Positions 33,218-45,993 of a stretch of DNA of 64,000 nucleotides are shown here, in pieces. The stretch is taken from assembly GCA_012295275.1 (NCBI GenBank), contig CM022668.1:12896001-12960000 (forward strand). The letters run 5' to 3'. Positions within the stretch are counted from its first letter, which is position 1, and each line of letters begins with the position of its first letter. The stretch comes from Chrysomallon squamiferum. Taxonomy: Eukaryota > Animalia > Mollusca. The notes below the pieces were generated by a model. The model was not told where the DNA came from. It did no database searches and was given only the letters and a program-made list of their open reading frames with translations. A program made the position numbers and the translations under genes.

Positions 33218-36150
33218 CTGTAAAAATAAATCAAATTATTTGTGTGTTTGGTTGATTATTTTTTCATTCATTTATTAATGTATTTATTTATTAATTTCTT
33301 TCTTTGTTTCTTTCTTTTATTCTCTGATGATATAAGCAACAGTAACATTATAACAACAAAATAAAATTCATTGGAGAAAGGATTTTAAAAATAATTACTT
33401 TTGAATAGATATTTTAAAATGTTTATACTTTAATTTAAAACTCTATTTTATGACTGCATTTTTACTTAATTTATTTATTATTTTTATTTGTCATGTTTTA
33501 AAATATTTTGAACATTTTAAACCAGGATTTATTTAAATGTTTTTTTTTTTTAATATTTATTTCAAATAAACTAAAATTTTGCATTTAAAAATATAATTTT
33601 AATATATATAACATAAAATAAATTAAAAAATTAAAACAAATTTTCTTAAATTTTTTTGAAAATTATAATCAAAGGGCAACTTCGTTCAGTGGCCAACACA
33701 AACTCCTACTTCTCAAATTTAAATAGTGGCAAATATTTAAACTATTTACAAGAATACCAGAAGAAAAAGAACTAGATACACTGGACATTTTTAAGAGGCT
33801 ATTAAAGAATTCCCAGTATATCGTCTACCTCTCTTCTCTACATCTATAATAACTAGTTCAGATTTTGCATTATACAAGCTGGTACACTTCGATCTTTACA
33901 AAAACGTGATATGATTACACTAGAGAAGAAACCTACAGTGAAAGGTCGAGTGATGTCTTCCTCTACGGTTGTTCTGGCTCGGTGAACGAGTCGAGTGAGT
34001 CGCAGGTTTTCAAGGCTCGGTGGTTTGATGAAAATGATGTAAGGCTTAATGTCAGCAGTACGCAAGAATTTCAGTGCCTGGAATATCAACACCTGTGTTT
34101 TAATAATTCTGTCCTTATACTAATACAGAATCTTATTGTCTTATAAAAATATAAACATTAATTGCTAATTGTTACTGGAATATCAACATTCTTCTGTGTT
34201 TTAAAAAAACCCATCCTTATAAAAAACACAATTCTAATTGTTCATGAAATATTAAGATCTGTTTTTAATAATTCTGTCCTTATACTAATACACATTCTTA
34301 TTGTCTTATAAAAAATAAAATTTTAATTGCTAATTGTTACTGAAATATCAAGACTTGTTTTTAATAATTCTGTCCTTATACTAATACAGATTCTTCTTTA
34401 TTTACAAAAAATAAAAATGTTAATTGCTAATTGTTACTGAAATATCAAAATGTGTTTTTAATAATTCTGTCCTTATACTAATGCAGATTCTTCTTGTCTT
34501 ATAAAAAAAACCATAAAAATAAAAATGTTAATTGCTAATTGTTCATGAAATATCAAGTCCAGTTTTTAATAATTCTGTCCTTATACTAATTCAATGGTTT
34601 CTTGAGTTATAAAAAAACTTCATAAAACAAAAACATTAATTGCCAATTTTTACTGGAATGTCAAGATCTGGTTTTAATAATTCAATCCTTATAGTAATAA
34701 AACTTTTGTGCGAGTTATAAATAATAAAAATGGTAATTACCATCTGTGACTGAAATGCATTTGAGATTCATATTTATATTAGAACCCTACCTTTTGTATT
34801 TACTGTTATTATAAATTATTTTATTAATATAACATAGATGTTTGATATTACACTTTACAGATGTTTGATATTTTAATTGTTTATTATCATAAATTTTTTA
34901 TTTTACCATTAAAACCATGTATTTTATATCATACAGATACCAGAGTGAAGGTAAAAAAATTTTTTTTTTTTTTTTTAAATTATTTTTATTATTATTAATC
35001 CTAATTCATTTGTTAACAAATTAACACTAAAGCCTGTACTGTCTATTATGTGAATTATTTTACTGTCAGTACCTGTGTATGAGGTGTGAGAAGGCAAACT
35101 GTACTGTTTATTATGTGAATTATTTTACTGTCAGTACCTGTGTATGAGGTGTGAGAAGGCAAACTGTACTGTCTATTATGTGAATTATCTTACTGTCAGT
35201 ACCTGTGTATGAGGTGTGAGAAGGCAGCCTGTACTGTCTATTATGTGAATTATCTTACTGTCAGTACCTGTGTATGAGGTGTATTATGTGAATTATCTTA
35301 CTGTCAGTACCTGTGTATGAGGTGTGAGAAGGCAGCCTGTACTGTTTATTATGTGAATTATCTTACTGTCAGTACCTGTGTATGAGGTGTATTATGTGAA
35401 TTATCTTACTGTCAGTACCTGTGTATGAGGTGTGAGAAGGCAGCCTGTACTGTTTATTATGTGAATTATCTTACTGTCAGTACCTGTGTATGAGGTGTGA
35501 GAAGGCAGCCTGTACTGTCTATTATGTGAATTATCTTACTGTCAGTACCTGTGTATGAGGTGTGAGAAGGCAGCCTGTACTGTCTATTATGTGAATTATC
35601 TTACTGTCAGTACCTGTGTATGAGGTGTATTATGTGAATTATCTTACTGTCAGTACCTGTGTATGAGGTGTGAGAAGGCAAACTTGGCCAGCAGCTATCA
35701 CAGCTTTTATTGAGTCCAGACTGGTGCCATAGAGATTTCCCTTGTACTCTCCATACTCCGCGAACCTAAAACACAGAGTCACACATCACAGTAACTCACA
35801 GACACACTGTGATGAATTTAAACATGTAAATACTGATATATATATATATATACTCATGTACTCAGAGAAATATTTGGTTATATTTTTATGTCAAATTACA
35901 ATAACTCAAAGACATACTGTGATGAATTTAAACATGTAAATACTGATATATATGGATTCATGTACTCAGAGAAATATTTGGTTATATTTTTATGTCAAAT
36001 TACAATAACTCAAAGATGTACTGTGATGAATTTAAACATGTAAATACTGATATATATGGATTCATGTACTCATAGAAATATTTGGATATATCTTTACATC
36101 AAATTACAATAACTCACAGACATACTGTGATGAATTTAAACATGTAAATA

Positions 36151-36191
<41 letters not shown>

Positions 36192-39100
36192 TCTCTTACT
36201 CAGAGAAATATTTGGATATATTTTTATCAAATTACAATAACTCACAGACATACTGTGACGAATTTAAACATGTAAATGCTGATATATATAGATTCATGCA
36301 CTCAGAGAAATATTTGATTATATTTTTATGCTCGTGCTTTTGTGTAACTATGTTCATGTAGTCATCCTTTCATTAGTTCGTTCATTCATTCCATTGTATA
36401 TAATTAGCTATATACATACATATATACATAATAGATATATATGCATACATAATTCATACATACATACATTCATACATATGTACATATACACACATACATA
36501 CATATATTCATATATTACATATATACATACAGACATACATCATATATACATATTCATTTTAATATAACACACACATAAATTAATTATAAATATATACATA
36601 CATACATACATACATAATACATAAATACATACATACATACACTCATACATCATTTCAATATATAATAATACAAACACAAAAAGTTAATAATAATAATAAT
36701 AACAACAACAACAATAATAACAATAATAATAATAATAGTAATAACAATAAGAAAAATATCATGATGAATAATTTGTTAAACCTTTGAGCTAAAATATCTT
36801 TTTCCATTTCTTCCCTGGAAAGAAAATGATATTCCTGTCCATCTTCTTCAAACGGTTTCTTCAGACGACTAGTGTCTGAAATATATTTTAAAAATCTTCA
36901 TATTTTTAATATATTCAAATTTTAATCATATTTTATTAAAATATTGCAGGTGAAGTTAGGAAGTAAATAATTTTTCAAGACAGACTAACATCTCATAATT
37001 ACCCTAACCAAAACACCTATCAGTCAATATCAATGATTTCCACAATTTAGCTTTATTTATAAAATAAATTTCAAAATTAATTTTAGTTATCTTATCCCTT
37101 TATATTTCTGTCTCTGATACGTACATGGTACAACTTCATGAAAGTGACAAGGGTTACTGGCCTTGAGTCTTCTTTTTAATTCATTACAACCAACACCAGG
37201 GGGCCCTGCAATGGAAAGTGAATAGGTAACAACCGTTAACAGCAATAACAGACAGTCAGTGAATAATAATTAAATCTTTAATTTCTGAGTCAGTTAATAT
37301 TAATTAAATCTATAATTTGTGAGTCAGTGAATAATAATCAAATCTATAATTTTTGAGCCTGTAAATAATAATTAAATCTATAATTACTGAGTCTATAAAT
37401 AATAATTGGTTTCATATTAAATGGTAAATGGTAGATATCTCAGTTCTTTAAGAAAGAATTTTAGACCTAATTTAATTATATTTTTCAAAATATTTCTGTC
37501 CATCACAATCCTCTTATCTTAAAAATAAAATAAAATTTACAGTGTCTTTACAAGAAACAATCTCCAGACCAAATTATCAACAACAACAACAACAACAAAG
37601 AAGCCCTCATCAAATCCCAGTAATATAAAATAAAATAACTTACCAATTAAAACAATAGGTCTAAAAGTGCCATGTTTTGGATGGTATAGTTCAACTTCTT
37701 CATATGTTGGGATTTCTTCTGTATCATAATCTATTATACAAAAAAATCATTTATTTTGAAACAGATACTGTAATAAGTAAATACAGATATGCAGAAAGCA
37801 GTTAGTAAGAAAGACAATGATATAAATAAATATTTAATTATAATATTGTAAATGTGTAAGTCTGTAGTGATACAGTGATTATAAAGATGATTGGGATGAT
37901 GAAGATGATGATGAGAAAAAAAAATGGTGATACTGAAAATGAAACTGATGAAAAAAATAAATTAAAATAAAATATGCTGAACTCAGTAGCAATAAAGAAA
38001 AGTGTGCACTAAAGTATTTCCAGAATAAAATTAAAATGAAATAAAATAAAAACATAACATAAAGTAAAGTAAAAAAGAAAGTAAAGTAAAGTAAAGTAAC
38101 ATTAAAGAACGTAAAAGAAAGTACAGTAAAGTAAAGTAAAGTAGATTAACAGAATTAAAGTAAAGTAAAGTAAAGTAAAAAAGTAAAATAACATAAATTA
38201 AAGTAAAGTAAAAAGTAAAAGTAAACTAAACTAAACTAAACTAAACTTAAATAAAATAAAAAAGTAAAAAAGTAAAAAAAAAAGAAAAGTAAAATAACGA
38301 AATAAAGTAACATAAAGTAAAATAACGTAAAAGTAAAAACGTAAAAAGTAAAATAAAGTAAAAAACTAAAATTAAATAAAATAAAATAAACTTAAATAAA
38401 ATAAAACAAAATAAAATAAAATAAAATAAAATAAAGAAAAATAAAATAAAGTAAAATAAAATAAAATAAAGTTTACCTAGATTTTGAACTGTATGGTACA
38501 TTGTTTTTCTAAGTTTCTTTTGACGAGGTATTTTTGGACTATATCGACATGGACTTAACGATCCTGAAATAAACACAAAATTATAAATTAAATATTTTGT
38601 AAAGATACTATTGAATAAACTGCATAAGTTCTGTACTTTTTTTGCATATTCTTCTGTTTTCTGTATCAAGAATTGTCATACAAATTTTACTTTCTTTTGT
38701 TTTTCTTTCTATTTTGTTTTTTGTTCTTTCTTTCTTTATTTCTTTATTTAGTTTTTATTATTTTTCCACTTTTGAACAAGGAAATCTTTTCTCTTTAAAT
38801 TTTATTATCAGATTTTAAATATTTGGGTTTTTTCTTGGACACTAGATCTATAAATAAAGAATAACAATAAAGAATAATAATTAAATAACAAACTACATGA
38901 AATGCATACAAGATTCCATTTTCTCCCTTTTGGATGATGTCATTTCAGACTGAAGAATGTGCGAAAAAACCAAACATTGATGAAATAATTAAAGCATCAC
39001 AAAGTTTCTGAATTCTCAGTCATTGTTTTAAAACAAAAACTTACTCATTCCACTCTTTTCTATTGATTCCTGCTCATCTCGTTTTTTCTTCATAACATAA

Positions 39101-39749
39101 CTAAAATAAATAAATAAAATACAAAAAATACAAAAAATAAATTAATAAAACATGATGTATTTACTTTTATTTACTTATTAAGTCACCTCTATCATATATC
39201 ATTAAAAATAAAAAATATGGTTGAATAGTACTGCATTAATGACACTCCTATTGTTATGAATGAATGAATGAATGTTTGAATGAATGTTTGAATGAATGAA
39301 TGAATGTTTAATGACATCAAAAGCTGTTGTTATGAAGTTTCATCACTGAATATAAATGAAAAATGATATAATATAACTGGAATGAAAACAAACTGAATAA
39401 CTAATGCTAACAATTATTTCATTACTTTTAAACTAAGAATTTCTTTTTTTTTTAAACTTTGTGACATTATATTTACCTTTCCTGCAACTGTTTACTTGGA
39501 ATCAGACCAGCCCTACTTATTATCTCCCCTTCCTTTCTTGCTTGCCACCAGGTGGGGTCGTCCTGGTTGACTATGTGCAGTATTTCCCCTTGACGAAAGG
39601 CAAGGCTGGCATCAGGACAAGGGTTATTGGGGTCAACTTCCGGGTCATAGGTGAACAGAGCTTTCACTCTCATCTGCAAAAAATATTTCTTTTTAAATTT
39701 TATATACATATACACATACATACATACATACATACATACACACACATAC

Positions 39750-39797
<48 letters not shown>

Positions 39798-39856
39798 TAT
39801 ATGATATACATATCACATATGTATATATATATATATATAAATATGATATATGTATG

Positions 39857-39892
<36 letters not shown>

Positions 39893-40710
39893 ATTGCTTG
39901 TTTTCAGTGACATCACTAGTCAGTGTACAGGTTTACTTAGTTTGTGACACAAAAAACCATTTCATTTCCAGCATTCACTGAAACACACTGACAATGTGAC
40001 AATTAATAAAGGTATAAAATTTATAATCCTGACTGAACTGTACTGAACTGGACGGACAAACAGATTTCTGGACTCTGAACCCAAGACAGATGTTACTGAA
40101 GCTTCAGATAACGTAGACAAATTTAAAAATGGCTGACTGACTGATATACAGACAACAGATTCTCTATCTCTGACTCATGTAGATCCATATTTACATAGCA
40201 GTTCCTTAGTATATTTTTTAAATTAAACAATTAATACTGTTACTTTGTGACACTAGTTTTCTGCTCTATAGGATATGGTCTTTAATATATATATATATAT
40301 ATATATATATTTATGTTTTGACTTACATAAAATTCTTGCAGAAGAATCCACTGACATAAATTTTGGAAAATCTGTATTCATTATACAGAGAAACAACACT
40401 TGGTATACACAAAAACATAATTACTGGTGAGGAAAAGCTACAAATAAAGATCAATATAAAAAAAGCAAATAAATAAATAAATACAGTATTTAACTAAGTA
40501 AATATAAACAATAACAATAATAATACCAAGAACAAGAAAAGCTATCAATAAAGATCAAAATAAAAATGTAAATAAAAAAAAAAAAAAAAATAAAAATAAA
40601 TAAATAAAAAATAAATAAATAAGCAAATACAGTAACTTATTAAATATAAACTATAACAATAATAATACAAAGAACAAGAAAAGCTATAAATAAAGATCGA
40701 AATAAAAATG

Positions 40711-40761
<51 letters not shown>

Positions 40762-41274
40762 ACAAATACAGAAACTAATTAAATATAAACTATAACAATA
40801 ATAATAATACACAGAACAAAAAGTCTAACCTGGCTAGGTCGATGTTCTGGACCATTTCTGAACTGATTGGGAACAAGTTTCATGGTAACCGTTCCTGTGA
40901 TTCTTGTCTACAAAATAAACACAACTTATTAAAATATTGCTTCAAAACACACCTGAGGATTCTTCAGACATAAACCATCACACTTATGGACTGGTTCAGT
41001 TTTGATCAATATCAAAGGAATGTTATTTTAATTATTAAAAAATTTAGTATTCAACTTACCAACATCTCTATGACCTCGTCTGGATTTTGACCTTTGACAC
41101 TAACACCATTCACCTCAAGTAACTCATCTCCCACACGAATCAGACCTGTAATAATAATGATGATGATGATGATGATGATGATGATAGTAACAACAATAAT
41201 AATGACTATAAAAGTTATTCTTCTAAATTACACCTTGATTTTATATTTCAGTCTAATTTTTATTTTATAACTAC

Positions 41275-41310
<36 letters not shown>

Positions 41311-44300
41311 TAATAACTATCATAATAATAATAACAACAACAACAATAATAAGGTTTTTTCATTCCCACAAAATAAGTTTCTTCAAACAAATCTTATTAT
41401 TACAATATTTACAGACAAACTTAATATTAAACCTTTAAACTAAATTATTTTAAGAAATCATTTTCTTCAACAAAAACCTGACATGAATACAGAAAAATTT
41501 GGAAAACAAATTTTGGGGGTACCATCCTTCTGGTGAAGATTATTAATTATTTTACTCACTTAAAGAACAAACAGAAAGCAATATATTTATTTTTTGAGAT
41601 ACAATAGACATGTATTTATGCTCAACCCTATGTTAATGGGGTGTTTTTTTGGATTGATTTACCTCAAAAACACAGAACATTTTTGATCATCCAATGTAAA
41701 GACTCCCATACAAAAAATGTATTATTAAATATAATTATTTAACATTCTAGGAATAAATCTCCTGAAAATATACTAGTCTGCCCTCAACATTAAAAAAACT
41801 CCACCAAAAACAAACCCTCTTAAAGAACAATTCATTACCATTCATATTCCTTTTAAAAACTACTGAAAATGCACACATATATAATCGTTGATATAAATTT
41901 GAATATAAAATATTCTTTGTCTCTGTAATCTCACCACTTCTGTCTGCAGCACCTCCATGTAAAACTCTGGCTATTTCAAGACTCTCAGAATCTTCACTCA
42001 GCTGGATGGTGACTCCCTGGAAAAAGGAGAGAATTAAAAACAGAATATTATTTGATCAGTTCACCTTCTGTGTGGATCACAACGATTCAGTGAATATGTG
42101 TTTAATAACAGCTTAACATGCTTTAACATTAACAGATATTAGGTAAATTTTCAGTAATAACAACAGTACAATGCAAAGTTAAATATATACTTCATTGGTC
42201 ATATTTTACCATTTGTCTTGAAAGTTTTAGTTTGTAAAATTCTAGAATGTATTAAATACAGTTTGCAGACTTCTTAAAACTGAAAGTGTTTTAAAGAAAA
42301 GAATAAATTCAAGACTGTAAATCTGTTAGATTATTATCATCATTGTTTTGAATAACAGACATACATAACTACACACTTACAGATAGATTACTTACATACT
42401 TACATACTTACCAACACACACCCACACACACAAACTCTAATAAAGACACACTCATACATACACACACAAACAAACACACACACAGACACACAGAGACACA
42501 GAGAGACATATTATAGACTGACCAAAGGTTCGTTGGTTTTGATAAGTCTGATGACTTTGATAGCTGTCTCTGATTCATCTCTGTCCACTGGACTTGTGTC
42601 AATCCTGGGCTCATAATCACCACAGGCTACTTTGTCATGTGTGTACAACAGAGCCTGAACCAATAAACAAATAAACAGATATACAGTATAATCTTTGTCA
42701 TGTGTGTACAACAGAGCCTGAACCAATAAACAAATAAACAGATATACAGTATAATCTTTGTCATGTGTGTACAACAGAGCCTCAACAGAACCAATAAACA
42801 AATAAACAGATATACAGTATAATCTTTGTCATGTGTGTACAACAGAGCCTGAACCAATAAACAAATAAACAGATATACAGTATAATCTTTGTCATGTGTG
42901 TACAACAGAACCTGAACCAATAAACAAATAAACAGATATACAGTATAATCTTTGTCATGTGTGTACAACAGAACAAATAAACAAATAAACAGATATACAG
43001 TATAATCTTTGTCATGTGTGTACAACAGAACAAATAAACAAATAAACAGATATACAGTATAATCTTTGTCATGTGTGTACAACAGAACAAATAAACAAAT
43101 AAACAGATATACAGTATAATCTTTGTCATGTGTGTACAACTGAACCAATAAACAAATAAACAGATATACAGTATAATTTTGTCATTCAAATAAACAGATA
43201 TACAGTATCCTTTTGTCATAAATGCAAAGAGCCTGAACCAATCAAATAAACAGATATTCAGTATTTTTGTCATGCCATATTAAACAAATAAACAGATATA
43301 CAGTTAATCTTTGTCATTTTAACAAATAAACAAATAAACAAACATACAGTATAATCTTTGTCATTTGGAAACAGAACAAATAAACAAATAAACAGATATA
43401 CAGTATAATCTTTGTCATGAAAAGATATAAATAAACAAATAAACAAATAAACAGATATTTAATCTTTGTCAAAACATTGAACAAATAAACAGATATACAG
43501 TATAATGGTCTTAATTTATTTTTTTATAACTATTTGTTTTTATTTTATTCACTATAAATGCTAACCCTGTATTCATTCAGATTTTGAAGTTTTTGGCCAA
43601 ATTTCATAATTTATTTACCATACTGCTATTTGGAATGACAATTTCCATTTCTTGTAGAAAAGATATATCTATATATAAACCAATATTTAACAAAGTATCA
43701 AAATTGAAAATTTTGGTTGGCTAAAGCTCAATACTTGGTTGTATGACCTTGTTCAATGTGATGGGTCACACCAAAGCTAATATTATGTTTAACTACCTAT
43801 GAGTAGGTTGTGATCTTAACTGCTATTAGCTGTCATATATAGATTTTTGTATAATGATTACTGTAGACTACTGACATTACTCCAAGGATTACCTTGTATC
43901 AATTAATGACACGATGGAATACAAATGCTTTTGTGTATATGAATGGAAAGGTTAATTGGCATATTTAAGTATATAATACATTTATCAGTTAATGACATGA
44001 TGGAATACAAATGCTTTTGTGTATATGAATGGAAATGTAAAGTGGTATGTATAAATGCCAGCATGCACATATATATGCATACAAAATCATGACATATCAT
44101 GTAAGAATTACCTTTCACTCACATGCAAAACTTTTGTTTGTGTCTTAACCTGAATAAGACATGAAGAGTAACTACTAGAAAGTTCGGTAGTAATAATGTT
44201 AGTGATTACCTGTAAGTGTGGTCTTGATAAAATCTGTAACAGTTCTTGGACATGAGAATCTTCAGATCGAAAACGAATTGTACAAAACACCTGATATAAA

Positions 44301-45957
44301 TAACAATAATATAAATAAATAGCAGTCAAATATATATATATATATATTCTTTAGAAAATAATTTATGTAATATGTAGAAAATTGTTAAAAAAATATGTTT
44401 TCTGTAGAAACTAATTGATGTTATATGTAGAAAATAGTTATAAACAGATAAAAAGTATTTTGTGAAGAAACAAATTGGTGAAATATATACAAAATAGATA
44501 TAAACAGTTAAAAATATATATCGTCTGTAGAAAATAGTTTAAAATATGTAATAAAGATACCACTATTATTAGAAACAGTTTAAAACAATTTGCACTGTCA
44601 TTTTAAAACAGAGGAAAAGAAATAATGATGACTATTGCATCTGAAGATTAAAATGATGTTTATTGTTTTCCATTTAAAATAAAATTTAATTTTTTCTATT
44701 TTAAACTTTGTTATTTACAGCTATTATTGTTTTCACTGACTACTGATTATAATTTTTTGAATTACGTTTATGATTTAAATTTCGTATGTTTTTTTAATTA
44801 ACGATTTAATTAACTAACAGAAACACAATGTTTAAAAATTACCTCTGCAGCTTGGGCAACTGCAAAGTCAGCCACAGGACGGAGACGTCTGACACTTCTC
44901 AGACGACGGAATGCCTACAACAACATCAACAACAACATTTACACAGAAAGCCAAATAATCAACAAAAAAAAAAATATCAAAGAATCGTTGAAACTTTAAG
45001 AAGAAAACAGCTGATAACTGGAAATTAATACTGATGTAACTAAACATTTTCAGACATGGGTTTTCCTAGCAATAATTAAAACAATTATTATGTAAGCTAA
45101 TATGAATATCAATTTAGAACATTATTACTGCACTAAATGTTAATCTCTTCATTATCGATATGTGACTATGGTAAGAACAGGTGATAGATACCATGCACTG
45201 TGCAATGCCAGTAATAAATGTGATAGGTTTGTTTTTGATATTCAGTTACAGTTCACTGTGTTGTGTCTGCTAAATCTGTCAGTGAAAGTAAAGTCAAAAT
45301 GACCGCTGTAATGGTAAGTGAATGTATTCATGACATTAATGTCTGCTTAATCTAAGTGGTCACAATAATAATGATGATGATGATGATGATGATGGCAATA
45401 ATAATAATAATAATAATAATAATAGTAATAATAAAAATAATGATGGTGAATGATGATGATAATGAAAATTATGAAAATAATAAAAATAATAATAATGATA
45501 ATGGTAATAATAGTAATAAAAAATAATAATGGTAATAATAATGGTAAATATTAATACTAATAATAAAAATGATAATAATAATGGTAATAATAATTACAAT
45601 AAAAAATAATAATGATAATAATAATAATAACAACAATAACAATAATAATAACAATGATAATAATGGTAATGGTAATAGTAGTAGCAGTAGTAATAATAAT
45701 AATAATAATAACAACAACAACAACAACAAGGTGAAGAAAAATAAGAAAAAATCAAAATAACATAATAAAAAATAATTTTTCCTTTTTTTCCAGGTAACAT
45801 CATTATTATTCTTTTTTTTTTTTAAATAATAATAATTCTGACATTTAGAATCAAGACGAAACTAAAACCAAACAACCCCAACCTCTTATTGAAAAAAAAA
45901 ACACTCTTCACAAAAATGTCACGTTATGTGTTCACAAAATAAATAATTAAATTTTAA

Positions 45958-45993
<36 letters not shown>

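Noticed and set aside
42627-43273. Repeat-protein ORFs ([16 protein letters not shown])n as an independent gene
   Set aside because: They are translations of the intronic acceptor array.
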